Part shown: positions 19,598-30,758 of the stretch, piece after piece
Layout: each line of letters begins with the position of its first letter
Numbering within the stretch: the first letter of the stretch is position 1
From: Planctomycetota bacterium
GTDB lineage: Bacteria; Planctomycetota; UBA1135; UBA2386
Assembly (NCBI GenBank): GCA_041164325.1
Contig: JBEAPQ010000326.1
Coordinates: 1-55,460 of the forward strand
Direction of reading: 5' to 3'
DNA: 55,460 bases
The notes under the pieces: model-generated
Databases searched by the model: none
Seen by the model: only the letters and a program-made list of their open reading frames with translations
What the model was told of the DNA's origin: nothing
Position numbers and translations under genes: made by a program

Positions 19598-22186
19598 ATG
19601 CGCTTCCATCCGCTGATCCTCTCCCTGCTCCCGCTGTCCGTGCCGCTCGCCGGGCAGGAGCCGGGTGTCGGGGTGCAGCGGCTCGACAATCCGGGAGGTG
19701 AGTCCAAGGTGGCGGTCCGCGTCGGCACCGAGGGAGGCCAGCCCGTCTTCGATGTGCCGAGCTGGGATGCGGAGAGTGGCGATTGGGTCGCGCAGTCCGG
19801 GCCCTGGAGCAAGATCGAACCCGTCGACGGCGAAGCGTTCCTGCGCCCGCGGGACGGCGACCGCCCGGTGCTCAGCCAGACCGTGTCCCTCGCCGAGGAG
19901 GGAGCCCCTGCCCCCCGCTTCGTGCTCGCGGGCGCGTTCGTCCGCACGATGGCCGGCAAGGACGGGTGTGGCCTCCGGCTGATCTGCCGAGACGCCGCGC
20001 TCGTCGATCTTGCCGAGGCCTCGACCGGTGAGGTGCGGGACAGGACGTGGACGTGGCGCGAGGTCTTCGTGCAGGTGCCGCGTGGCACGGCCTACGTGAC
20101 GCTCGAACTGCAGGGCTATCGCAACGACGGCAAGTTCGCCGACGCGTTCTTCGACGGTGCGGTGCTCGAAGGGTTGGGCCCGGGTCTCCCGCTGTCGACG
20201 CAGGGCTCCTCGGTTGCCGATCTCGGTGCGGAGCTCGACGGCGAGATCCCGTGGGCGGAACGGCGCGCGGCGCTGCGCGCACTCGCGGTCGATCGGTCCG
20301 GGGTGAAGGTGCTCGTCGATCGGGTCGAATCCGAGCAGGACCCGGCGTTGCGCCGGACGATCCTGACGCTCCTCGCCCTCGTCGGAGGGCGCGCCGCCGA
20401 GGCCCCGCTGACCGCGGCGCTGGGCGCCGCCGACGCAGATCTGCGTGCACACGCGCGCGCGCTGCTGCCGTGGACCGGTTCGGCGGGCGCGAAGTTGCTG
20501 GCACCTTTCGTCGACGATCCCGATCCGAAGGTCCGTATCGACGCGATGCGCGCGCTCGCGGTCGCCGGGGATGCGAAGGCCCTGCAACGCGCATCCCAGG
20601 TCGATGCGGACCGGGCGCTCGAGGTCATGCGGGCGATCCGCGAGACGGGTGCCGAGGTGCGACCGTTCTACCGAGGGCTGTTGGCACCCTGGCTCGATGC
20701 CGGCGCCGAAGCCAAGCTGCGCGACGAGGCGATGCGGGTCCTTGGCCGCGCCGGGGACGACCGGTTCCTGAAGCACCTCGAAGATCTGGCCCCCGCAGCC
20801 GGATCGCAGGGTCGACTCGCCGAGTGGTTCCGGATGGCTGCGGCGTTCGGCACGAAGCAGGGTGTCGACGCCGTCCTCTCCATCGTGGCGGACGGCGTCG
20901 CGCACGCGGATCGGGCGCTCCTCGAGGTCGCCGGGGAGCTCGGCCAGGGCCCGGGTCTGCTCTGGGCCCGGAAGCAGGGTGTCCGCGACGAGAACCCGTC
21001 GCTCCGTCTGGCAGCCGTCCGCGTGCTGCGCGCGGGTGGGGACGCTGCGGACCTGGGCGCCCTGCGGGCCGCGACCGAGGATGCGGACGCGCTCGTCGCG
21101 GTCGAGGCCGTCGAAGCGGTCGGTGCGCGCGGGGATGGAGATGCGGTCGAGCTCCTCGAGAGGCTGTTCACCCGGGCTCCGGGCCCGGTTGCGGCCGCCG
21201 CGCTGCGCGCGCTCTACGCGCGTGCGGACGGCGACGCGGACGCGGTACAGCGCGCGATGGGCGCCGCGACCGCCCACCAGACCTGGGAGGCCCGTGCGGC
21301 CGGGCTGGACCTCTTGGCGGGTGCCGGTGCCGAGCAGGCGTTCCCGGTGATCCTGGCAGCCTTCCAGGACAAGATCTGGCAGGTGCGCGCGGCGGCCTAC
21401 CGCGCGGCCGGCGCCGTGCGCACGCGGCGCTCCGTCGAGAGCCTGATCACGCGGATCGGGGACGAGCGGGGGGCGGCACGGACGTTCCTCGCGGATGCGC
21501 TGGTGGATCTGACCGGCGTCGATCACGGGGATGCGCCCGACGGCTGGCAGAAGTGGTGGGGCATCGTCGGCGCCTCGTTCGAGGTGCCGCCGCGCGTCGC
21601 GAAGAAGGCCGGCGACGCGCCCGTGAGGCCGCGGACCGTCGCCAGCTACTACGGCATCCCGCTCCGCACCGACAGCATGGTCTTCATCATCGACCTGTCC
21701 GGCAGCATGACGGCCAAGGTCGGTGAAAAGACCAAGCTCCGTGCCGCGCAGGACCAGCTGATCGCAGTCCTCCGAAAGCTGCAGCCGACCCAGAAGTTCG
21801 GGCTGATCGGCTTCGGCACCGACGTCGGGGCCTGGGAGCCCGCGCTGGTGCCGGCGAGTCCGAAGAACGTCGACGAAGCGGTCGCGTGGGTCGAGCGGCT
21901 CGCGATCCGCGGGTCGACGAACATCTACGACAGCCTCGAGCGCGCGCTCGCCTTCGAAGGCGTCGAGAGCATCTTCCTGCTCTCCGACGGGGGGCCGTCT
22001 GCCGGCCGATTCGTGGCCATGGACCAGATCCGAGCGGCTGTCCGCGTGCAGAACCGGGACCAGCGCGTGCGGATCAACACGATCCTGATCGGCGGTTCTG
22101 CCCGCGAGCAGGACTTCATGCGGAAGCTCGCCGGGGAGAACGACGGAGAGGTCGGGCGCCCGGACGCCGACCGCGGCACGCGCTGA
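19598..22186 (+). CDS. Secreted multidomain protein: jelly-roll (CBM-like) + HEAT/PBS repeats + C-terminal vWA domain
   Basis: 862 aa with signal peptide MRFHPLILSLLPLSVPLAG. The N-terminal beta-sandwich ends in YRNDGKFADAFFDGAVLE. HEAT-like repeats include DPKVRIDAMRALAVAGD and NPSLRLAAVRVLRAGGD. The vWA MIDAS motif is FIIDLSGSMT, followed by ...GSTNIYDSLERA...FLLSDGGPS. Confidence 0.85.
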   Translation: MRFHPLILSLLPLSVPLAGQEPGVGVQRLDNPGGESKVAVRVGTEGGQPVFDVPSWDAESGDWVAQSGPWSKIEPVDGEAFLRPRDGDRPVLSQTVSLAEEGAPAPRFVLAGAFVRTMAGKDGCGLRLICRDAALVDLAEASTGEVRDRTWTWREVFVQVPRGTAYVTLELQGYRNDGKFADAFFDGAVLEGLGPGLPLSTQGSSVADLGAELDGEIPWAERRAALRALAVDRSGVKVLVDRVESEQDPALRRTILTLLALVGGRAAEAPLTAALGAADADLRAHARALLPWTGSAGAKLLAPFVDDPDPKVRIDAMRALAVAGDAKALQRASQVDADRALEVMRAIRETGAEVRPFYRGLLAPWLDAGAEAKLRDEAMRVLGRAGDDRFLKHLEDLAPAAGSQGRLAEWFRMAAAFGTKQGVDAVLSIVADGVAHADRALLEVAGELGQGPGLLWARKQGVRDENPSLRLAAVRVLRAGGDAADLGALRAATEDADALVAVEAVEAVGARGDGDAVELLERLFTRAPGPVAAAALRALYARADGDADAVQRAMGAATAHQTWEARAAGLDLLAGAGAEQAFPVILAAFQDKIWQVRAAAYRAAGAVRTRRSVESLITRIGDERGAARTFLADALVDLTGVDHGDAPDGWQKWWGIVGASFEVPPRVAKKAGDAPVRPRTVASYYGIPLRTDSMVFIIDLSGSMTAKVGEKTKLRAAQDQLIAVLRKLQPTQKFGLIGFGTDVGAWEPALVPASPKNVDEAVAWVERLAIRGSTNIYDSLERALAFEGVESIFLLSDGGPSAGRFVAMDQIRAAVRVQNRDQRVRINTILIGGSAREQDFMRKLAGENDGEVGRPDADRGTR

Positions 22187-22246
22187 TCCACGTGCGTCGA
22201 GCCGCGCATCCGTCGGTCGCGACCGCCGGGGTCGACACCCCGTGTC

Positions 22247-22274
22247 TTGCCGGGTGCGGGCCCTCGGCTATCGT
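22247..22274 (+). promoter_or_regulatory. Candidate sigma70-type promoter for glnS
   Basis: TTGCCG (22247-22252), a 16-nt spacer, then TATCGT (22269-22274), ~48 nt upstream of the glnS ATG. This is pattern match only. Confidence 0.3.
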
Positions 22275-22321
22275 CCCCGGGTTCGGGTGCGCCGCGGGTC
22301 GCGTCGCCCCGAGGGAGCACG

Positions 22322-24070
<1,749 letters not shown>

Positions 24071-24097
24071 CCGGGCGTCGGCCGTCCGCGCGGGTCG

Positions 24098-26560
24098 TCA
24101 ATGGGCCTCGATCTCGAGGCTGGCTTGGCCGTTCTCCAGGACCAGTCGCCCCGAGACCGGGCTGCCGTCCGGGCCGTTGAACCCCTTGAGCACGCGGGTC
24201 TTGCCCTTCTCGACGAGCGTCCGGGCGATGGCTGCGGTGATCTTCTTGCCGCTGATCTCCTTCCAGATCACGAAGCGGCAGCCGGTGCGCCACGCCGAAC
24301 AGCCGAAGCCGCGCTGTCCCTCGACGAGGTCGGCGCGGCAGAGCGGGCACGCCGGCAGGCCGGCAGGTTTGGGCGCGGGCTTGGACTTCTTCGGGCCGTT
24401 CGAGGTGGTGGTCGGGGTCGACGCCTTGGATGCCGCCGACGCCGCCGACGAGACCGGCGGTCTCGCGCCGCGCTGGGCTTCGCGGGTCGGCGGTTCGAGG
24501 TCGATGACGAGCCCCTGCTCGGTCAGGCAGAGCACGCGGGGGCCGACGTCGGGTAGCGAGACCGGACGGGGAAGGATGCGTCGTTGGATCAGATCACGCG
24601 CATGGTCGGCACGCAGCGTGGCGCCGCGGTAGGCCTTCCAGAGCACGAAGTGGCAGCCGTCCTGCCACTTCGAGCAGCCGAATCCCTCGCGCCCCTCGAT
24701 GATCGGCGCGTCACAGCGCGGGCACGGTCCGATCCCGTCGGCGTAGCGGGGTTGGACCCCGGTCGCGATCAGGTTGCGCGCGTAGCCGACGATCTCCTCC
24801 ATGAACGCCGCACGCTCGAGGCGCCCCGCCTCGATCTCCTTGAGCTTCTGCTCCCAATCGCCGGTCAGTTCCGGGGACTTGAGCAGCGGATCGCCGAGGA
24901 TGCCGATCAGGTAGCGGCCGAGATCCGTCACGCGCAGGGCCTTCTTGTCACGGACGACGTAGCGGCGGGAGAGCAGCGTCTCGACGATCGACGCCCGCGT
25001 CGCGGGCGTGCCGAGACCGCGGGCCTTCAGGGCCTCGCGGAGCTGCTCGTCGTCCACGAGCTTGCCGGCCGTCTCCATCGCGCCGAGCAGCGTGTTCTCG
25101 GTGAACGGACGCGGAGCCTTGGTGCTGCCCTCGTGGAGTTCCGGGGTGTGGGGGCCGGACTCGCCCTGCGTGAACGCCGGCAGCTCCTGTGCGTCTTCCT
25201 CGCCCTGATCTGCGTCGGTCTTCTTGGGCTTGGCCTGTCCCTTGGCCTTCGGAGACTCCGCCTCCAGAGCGCTCCAGCCGGGCTCGACGACGCGGACGCC
25301 GCGCGCGCGGAACGCGAGGCCCGCGGACACGCCGGTGACCGTCGTCACGTCCTGCTCCTTGTCCGGCAGGAAGACCTGGACGAGCCGCGTCGCGACCGCG
25401 TCGTAGACGCGCTTCTCCTCGTCGACGAGGCCCTTCGCCTCCTTGCCGGTCGGGATGATGGCGTGGTGGTCGGTGACCTTGGAGTCGTCGAAGACGCGGC
25501 GCGGGCTCGGCAACGGACGGCCTGCGAGCAGGCCGATCGCCTTCGGATTCCAGCTGCGGAGCGCGTGCAGCGTGCGGCGCACGTCGTCCCGGAGATCGCT
25601 CGGCAGGTGGCGGCAGTCGGTGCGGGGGTAGGTGAGGAGCTTCTTCTCGTAGAGGTCTTGCGCGACCTTGAGCGTGCGTGCGGCCGACATGCCGAAGCGG
25701 ACGTTCATGTCACGCTGCAGCTGCGTCAGGTCGTGCAGCAGCGGCGAGCGCAGCGTCTCGCGCTTCTCTTCGACCTCGGTGACCGTGAACGGCTGGCCTT
25801 CGACCGACGCGAGCGCGGCGCGCGCCTCGTCTCCGTCGTCGAAGCGGTCTTCCTTCCCTTCTGCCGCCTTGTGCCGGAACAGCACGTCGCGGTAGCGGGT
25901 CCGGAGCTCGTGGAAGGTCTCCGGCCGGAACGTCCGGATCTCGTCGTCCCGCCGCGCGATGAGTGCGAGCACGGGGGTCTGCACGCGGCCGACCGACCAG
26001 AGGATGCCGCCGCCTCCGTAGCGCACGGTGTACGCCCGCGTCGCGTTCAGACCGACGATCCAGTCCGCTTCGCTCCGGCTCCGCGCGGCGTCGTGCAGCG
26101 CGTCGTACTCGCGGCCGGGGCGGATCCTCTCGAAGGCGTCCCGGATCGCTTCCTCGGTCAGGGAGCTGAGCCACAGGCGTTGGAACGGCCGTTCCGGGCA
26201 GCCCGCGTATTCCAGGATGTAGCGGAAGATCAGCTCGCCCTCGCGCCCGGCATCGGTCGCGCAGACGAGTTCGTCGGCTTCGCGGCAGAGCCGTGCGACG
26301 GTCTCCAGTTGGCGCCGGGCGGACGCGTCTCCTGCAGGGCGGAGCTCGAACCGCTCGGGGACGAAGGGCAGCGCGTCGAGCGTCCACCGCTTCAGGCGCG
26401 GGTCGTAGTCGTCGGGCGTCTTGAGCTCGGCGAGGTGCCCGATCGCCCAGGTGATCCGGAGGTCGTCGCCTTCCAGATAGCCGTCGGCGCGCCGGCCCGC
26501 ACCGAGGTGGCGCGCCAGGTCGCGGGCCACGGACGGTTTCTCGGCGACGACGACCTTCAT
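24098..26560 (-). CDS. topB: DNA topoisomerase III with two C-terminal zinc-ribbon repeats
   Basis: TOPRIM start MKVVVAEKPSVARDLA...ITWAIGHL and active-site Tyr region LLTYPRTDCRHLP. The duplicated repeats are CPRCDAPIIEGREGFGCSKWQDGCHFVLWK and CPLCRADLVEGQRGFGCSAWRTGCRFVIWK. I chose the ATG at 26560. Confidence 0.9.
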   Translation of the reverse strand: MKVVVAEKPSVARDLARHLGAGRRADGYLEGDDLRITWAIGHLAELKTPDDYDPRLKRWTLDALPFVPERFELRPAGDASARRQLETVARLCREADELVCATDAGREGELIFRYILEYAGCPERPFQRLWLSSLTEEAIRDAFERIRPGREYDALHDAARSRSEADWIVGLNATRAYTVRYGGGGILWSVGRVQTPVLALIARRDDEIRTFRPETFHELRTRYRDVLFRHKAAEGKEDRFDDGDEARAALASVEGQPFTVTEVEEKRETLRSPLLHDLTQLQRDMNVRFGMSAARTLKVAQDLYEKKLLTYPRTDCRHLPSDLRDDVRRTLHALRSWNPKAIGLLAGRPLPSPRRVFDDSKVTDHHAIIPTGKEAKGLVDEEKRVYDAVATRLVQVFLPDKEQDVTTVTGVSAGLAFRARGVRVVEPGWSALEAESPKAKGQAKPKKTDADQGEEDAQELPAFTQGESGPHTPELHEGSTKAPRPFTENTLLGAMETAGKLVDDEQLREALKARGLGTPATRASIVETLLSRRYVVRDKKALRVTDLGRYLIGILGDPLLKSPELTGDWEQKLKEIEAGRLERAAFMEEIVGYARNLIATGVQPRYADGIGPCPRCDAPIIEGREGFGCSKWQDGCHFVLWKAYRGATLRADHARDLIQRRILPRPVSLPDVGPRVLCLTEQGLVIDLEPPTREAQRGARPPVSSAASAASKASTPTTTSNGPKKSKPAPKPAGLPACPLCRADLVEGQRGFGCSAWRTGCRFVIWKEISGKKITAAIARTLVEKGKTRVLKGFNGPDGSPVSGRLVLENGQASLEIEAH

Positions 26561-26979
26561 GGGCTGCGCCGCCGACGGTAGCGGCCGCCGGCGAGGGGCG
26601 CCACCAGTCGGGCTGGACCAACAGGAAGACGATCGGGATCGCGATGCCCGACAGCCGGAACCCGAGCCCGCGGCCGGCGAGCCCTTGGCGTCCCTCGAGG
26701 ATGGATGCGGCACGGATTGTGGTTCACCGCAACGTCGTAGATCGCGAAGACGAGCGTCTCCTCGATGCGGTGTTCGTCCCGTCGGATCGCGCGCAGGCCC
26801 CCTTGATTCGAGCTGCGCCGGCGGTTCATCGCGACCTCGGGCGTCGCCTGAGGCGGTCGGGCAGCGAAACCGTCGGAACCAGTTCCAGCCGCGCCGTGAC
26901 TTCGCCGGCCTGCGTCGCGGGCGTGGGCGGTCGCGAATCGACAGCTGCGACGCCCTCCTGTCCCGGCGACACTGCGCGC

Positions 26980-28038
26980 ATGTCGTCGACCGCTGCAGGC
27001 CCGCTTCTCGGACCGATCGACCGGAGCTTCCTGTGGATCGGCCGGGCGCTCCTCCTGGCCACCGTGGTCGTGCTGGGGGTGTTCACGGTCCCGACCGTTG
27101 CGGAGATCCGCGCGACGGATGGCTACGTCCAGGCGCCGGGGCGCATCGTGCACAGCGCGATCGAGACGCGGGTCGTGCACGACAACGGGCGCACACGGAG
27201 CGAGCCGGTGGCGCGGGTGCGGTACCTGTTCACGCCCGAGACCGGTGGATCGGCGAGGGCTCTGCTCGGCGACCGCATCCAGGTCCTGCACGTTCGGACC
27301 GACGGCAGCGAGCGGGAGATCGTGCGTCGCTATCGGGAAGGCGCGGCCGTCGACGTGTGGCACGACGCAGAAGAGCCCTGGCGTGCGGTGCTGGAGCGCG
27401 GTGGCCCGACGTGGTTCGCGTTCTTCCCGCCGGCCGTCACGCTGTTCCTCGGAGCCCTGTTCGCCGGGCTGTCGTCGCGCGCGCTCCGGCGGGCCGTGGC
27501 GCAAGGAGGGCGTCCGAGCGTGGAGCTCGATCCGGACCAGAGGCGCACGCTGGGCGGCTGCCTCTGGGGCGTGGCGTCGCTCTTCGTGCTGCTCGCGGTG
27601 CTGATGGTGGTCGGGATCGCGTGGTTCGGAAACGAGCCCGTGGTCGCCGAGTTCGATGCCGCGGGATTCGAGCCGTGCCCGGCGGTCATCGAGGAGTCGA
27701 CGTTCATCGCTTCCGGGGATCGACCCGCCGACGTGTTTCCGCGCGTCGTGTTCCGCTACCGGGCGGCGGGGAAGGTGCGGACGTCGGATCAGCTGACGCT
27801 GCGGCCGATCGCGCCCGCGGCGGCCGCTCAGTTCGCAGAGACCGTCTGGCGCGCCGAGCCCGGCTCCACGGTGACCGTCTACGTCGATCCGGAGGATGCG
27901 GCGCGCGCCGTGCTCGTGCCGGGATCGGTCGGGGGAGCCGTGGGGCTCTCGCTCTTGGGACTCCTGGTGCCCGGAGCCGTGGGCGCGTTTGCGCTGGTGC
28001 TCTTCGCCCAGGCCCGCCGGCTCCGCGTCAGCGACTGA
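26980..28038 (+). CDS. Membrane protein with two DUF3592-like modules
   Basis: The unit (TM helix, beta-rich segment, TM helix) occurs twice: ...RVRYLFTPETGG...AAVDVWHDAEEPWRAVL and ...RVVFRYRAAGKVRT...STVTVYVDPEDAARAVL. I chose the ATG at 26980. The upstream in-frame region to 26644 has fairly high GC3, so the start may lie further upstream. Confidence 0.7.
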   Translation: MSSTAAGPLLGPIDRSFLWIGRALLLATVVVLGVFTVPTVAEIRATDGYVQAPGRIVHSAIETRVVHDNGRTRSEPVARVRYLFTPETGGSARALLGDRIQVLHVRTDGSEREIVRRYREGAAVDVWHDAEEPWRAVLERGGPTWFAFFPPAVTLFLGALFAGLSSRALRRAVAQGGRPSVELDPDQRRTLGGCLWGVASLFVLLAVLMVVGIAWFGNEPVVAEFDAAGFEPCPAVIEESTFIASGDRPADVFPRVVFRYRAAGKVRTSDQLTLRPIAPAAAAQFAETVWRAEPGSTVTVYVDPEDAARAVLVPGSVGGAVGLSLLGLLVPGAVGAFALVLFAQARRLRVSD

Positions 28039-28981
28039 ATCCCGAGCCCATCACGGCCAGGGCCAGCGGTGTCGCGACCCGGTCGACGGCTGCCGGGTCG
28101 ACTTCCAGGGCTTCGAACGGAACGAACTCCTCGACCAACAGGTCGCGGCGCACCTCGAAGCACAGCGTGCGGGCCGGATGGGACGCTGCCAGCGCGTGGG
28201 CGACCGTGATCGGATGCAGGTGGTAGGTGTCGCCGCGGACGACGGCGAATCCGGCCGCCGACAGCGCGGACGCGGTGGCGTCGGCGAGGTCGGGGTCGGC
28301 AAGCACTCGTCCCGCGGCGTCCCGGTCGATGAGGTCGATCTCGGGACGGAGCGGCCAGCGGTCGACGACGTCCGGCGCATACGCCGCGCGCAGGTTGGCA
28401 CAGATCGCGGCGTCGACGCGGACGTCGACGCTGCGCGGCGCGTAGGTGTGGACCTGGAGGGCTCGACCGCTCGGGTGCGCGCAGACCGCGTGCGCGGCGG
28501 CGAGCACCACCTCCAGGTAGCTGCGGTGCAGGTCGGTCAGGAGCGCGCGGTCCCCGGCGTCGGTGACGTAGGGGGGCAGTCCGGGGCTGAGGTGCGCGGC
28601 GTCCTCGCCCGGGCGCGCGCTGTCGCCGAGGATGCGATTGCAGTCGACGAACGTCCTGGGGATGCGGCAGCGGACGAGGGCCACGCACAGCTCGGGTGCG
28701 GCCGCGACGATCCGGCGCGCCATCTGCTCGGCGAGTTCCGGAGAACCGACGTCGGTGTTGACGCGGAAGAACGCGAGAAGGTCGTCGTCGTAGCGGCCGG
28801 CGAGCCTCTGACGCAGCGCGTGGAAGTCCGCGTCGGTGGTCGCCCCGTGCGGCGTCTCGAGCAGGATGCGTGGCGGGGCGTCCGGGCTCGCCGAGGCGCC
28901 GCGGACGACATGCACGTCGCAGACGTCCGGCACCGAGTGCACGGTTTCCCCCAGCCCGTGGAGTCCTCCGTTCGGCATCAT
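28028..28981 (-). CDS. Hypothetical hydrolase, possibly N-formylglutamate amidohydrolase (FGase) family
   Basis: This is the C-terminal 317 aa of track ORF 28028-29701 (MMPNGGLHG...ILLETPHGATTD...VRCRIPRTFVDCNR...QVHTYAPRS...). The ATG at 28981 overlaps the recQ stop (ATGA). The family assignment rests only on motif resemblance. Confidence 0.55.
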   Translation of the reverse strand: MMPNGGLHGLGETVHSVPDVCDVHVVRGASASPDAPPRILLETPHGATTDADFHALRQRLAGRYDDDLLAFFRVNTDVGSPELAEQMARRIVAAAPELCVALVRCRIPRTFVDCNRILGDSARPGEDAAHLSPGLPPYVTDAGDRALLTDLHRSYLEVVLAAAHAVCAHPSGRALQVHTYAPRSVDVRVDAAICANLRAAYAPDVVDRWPLRPEIDLIDRDAAGRVLADPDLADATASALSAAGFAVVRGDTYHLHPITVAHALAASHPARTLCFEVRRDLLVEEFVPFEALEVDPAAVDRVATPLALAVMGSGFSR

Positions 28982-30690
28982 GCCTCGTCCGGCTGGACCT
29001 TCCGCCACTTCGCTCGCCCGAGATCCAGCGTCCGGGGGGTCAGGTCGCGCGCGCGCTCGACGTCGACGCGCGTGCCTCTGGGCGTTCGGTGCACGCGGAG
29101 GACGGCGCACAGACCGTGTCCACGGACGTCGATCCAATCCCCGCGCTCGACCTCCTTGCCGACAGCGCCGAGCTTCGGCGCGTGCCGGGGCACCGGCATC
29201 CGCGCCTCGTCCGCGTGGTGGGACGCGAGCCACGGCGTCTCGTCGGCGTCGAGGTCGCACGACCCGCAGCCGCCCGGGAACTCGTCGGGGAACCCGAAGT
29301 AGCTGTGCACGGCATCCTTGCGGCACGACGTGTCGACGCCGGCGTAGCGGACCATCTGGTAGAGGCCCATGAGATCGCGGCGGCGCTTGTCGTCCGGCAG
29401 CCAGTCCTCGATCTCGTCGTCGGTCGGGCGCCGGACGAACGTGAACGAAGCCTCCCCGAGATCGCCTTCGATGCAGCCTGCGACCTGCAGCAAGCGCAGG
29501 CAGGTCTCGACGCGACCGTCCCTGCGGTTCTTGACGAGCAGCGTCTGCCGCAGGTCCTGGACATCGAACGTGTCCCGCCGTTCGCCGAGCCCCTCGAGGA
29601 TGTGGACGACCTGGCGCAGGAACTCCTGGTCCGGGTTCGCCCACTCGGTGAACTCGCGCTGGATCGCCACGTCTTCCTCGAGGTAGAGGAGCTCGCACCA
29701 TGCGGGGCGGCCATCGCGTCCCGCGCGTCCGATCTCCTGGTAGTAGGCCTCGAGCGTGCGCGGGACCTGCCAGTGGACGATGAACCGGATGTCCGGCTTG
29801 TCGACGCCCATCCCGAAAGCGTTGGTCGCGAGGATCATCGCGTCGCCCGATGCGACGAAGCGCTGCTGCTGCTCGCGGCGCTCGCTCGCGCTCAGTCGGC
29901 CGTGGTAGACGAGCGGGCGGTAGCCCTTGGCGCGGAGCTGGTCCTCGACCTGGAGCAGGTCCTTGATGAGCGCGAAGTAGACGATGCCCGGGCCACCGAC
30001 CTGCTCGACGATGTGCTCGAGGCGGGGCAGCTTGTCGGCCGCGTCGTGCAGGTCCTTCACCGACAGGAACAGGTTGTCCCGGTCGACGCCCGTGTGCCAG
30101 ATCGGCGCATCGTCGAGCCCGAGGATGCGGCGGATGTCGCCCTGGACCTCGGGGGTCGCCGTCGCCGTCAGCGCGAGGGTGGGCGGGGCACCGAGCTGTT
30201 CCCGGACGATGCCGAGGCGCGCGTAGTCGGGGCGGAAGTCATGGCCCCATTGGCTCAGGCAGTGGGCCTCGTCGACGGCGAGCAGCGCGATGTCGGTCTG
30301 CGTGATCCGCTCGAGGAACCCCGGCACGCGGAAGCGTTCCGGCGTGCAGTAGAGGATGCGGACATCCCCGCTCAGCGCGGCGTCGAGCCGTTCGTTGCGG
30401 GTCTTGGCGTCCAGCATGCTGTGCACGCAGGTGGCCTCGATGCCCTTCCGTTCCAGCGCGGCGACCTGGTCGTCCATCAGCGCGATCAGCGGGCTGACGA
30501 CGAGGGTCAGGCCACGGCGTGCCAGCGCCGGCAGCTGGTAGCACAGCGACTTGCCGTCGCCGGTCGCCATGATGACGAGGGCGGACCCGCCTGCGGTCAC
30601 GTGGCGACAGATCGCCTCCTGGGGGCCCCGGAATGCGTCGAAGCCGAATCGCTCGGACAGCAGATCCCTGAGCTGGTCGTCGTCGGTCAC
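28978..30690 (-). CDS. recQ: ATP-dependent DNA helicase RecQ (short form)
   Basis: 570 aa with FGFDAFRGPQEAI, TGDGKSLCYQLPAL, DEAH box LLAVDEAHCLSQWGHDFRPDY and a late Zn-binding cluster CRK...H..YFG...GGCGSCD. Confidence 0.92.
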   Translation of the reverse strand: MTDDDQLRDLLSERFGFDAFRGPQEAICRHVTAGGSALVIMATGDGKSLCYQLPALARRGLTLVVSPLIALMDDQVAALERKGIEATCVHSMLDAKTRNERLDAALSGDVRILYCTPERFRVPGFLERITQTDIALLAVDEAHCLSQWGHDFRPDYARLGIVREQLGAPPTLALTATATPEVQGDIRRILGLDDAPIWHTGVDRDNLFLSVKDLHDAADKLPRLEHIVEQVGGPGIVYFALIKDLLQVEDQLRAKGYRPLVYHGRLSASERREQQQRFVASGDAMILATNAFGMGVDKPDIRFIVHWQVPRTLEAYYQEIGRAGRDGRPAWCELLYLEEDVAIQREFTEWANPDQEFLRQVVHILEGLGERRDTFDVQDLRQTLLVKNRRDGRVETCLRLLQVAGCIEGDLGEASFTFVRRPTDDEIEDWLPDDKRRRDLMGLYQMVRYAGVDTSCRKDAVHSYFGFPDEFPGGCGSCDLDADETPWLASHHADEARMPVPRHAPKLGAVGKEVERGDWIDVRGHGLCAVLRVHRTPRGTRVDVERARDLTPRTLDLGRAKWRKVQPDEA

Positions 30691-30758
30691 GGTTCCAAGC
30701 TAACCGCGCCTGTCCGGATCGCGTCACCGTTCCGGCAGGGCGGTCCCACAGGGAAGGC

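Noticed and set aside
26557-26829. 90-codon minus-strand ORF (MNRRRSSNQGGLRAIRRDEHRIEETLVFAIYDV...) whose stop overlaps the topB ATG
   Set aside because: Only the first ~40 codons show G/C-rich third positions. The remainder (HPRGTPRARRPRARVPAVGHRDPDRLPV...) looks non-coding, and it has no recognisable motif. It stays as an open question in the findings and is not called as a gene.
28982-29701. N-terminal 240-aa extension of track ORF 28028-29701
   Set aside because: The extension lies inside recQ in another frame and is Arg/Pro-rich. The ATG at 28981, overlapping the recQ stop, gives a sensible 317-aa product.
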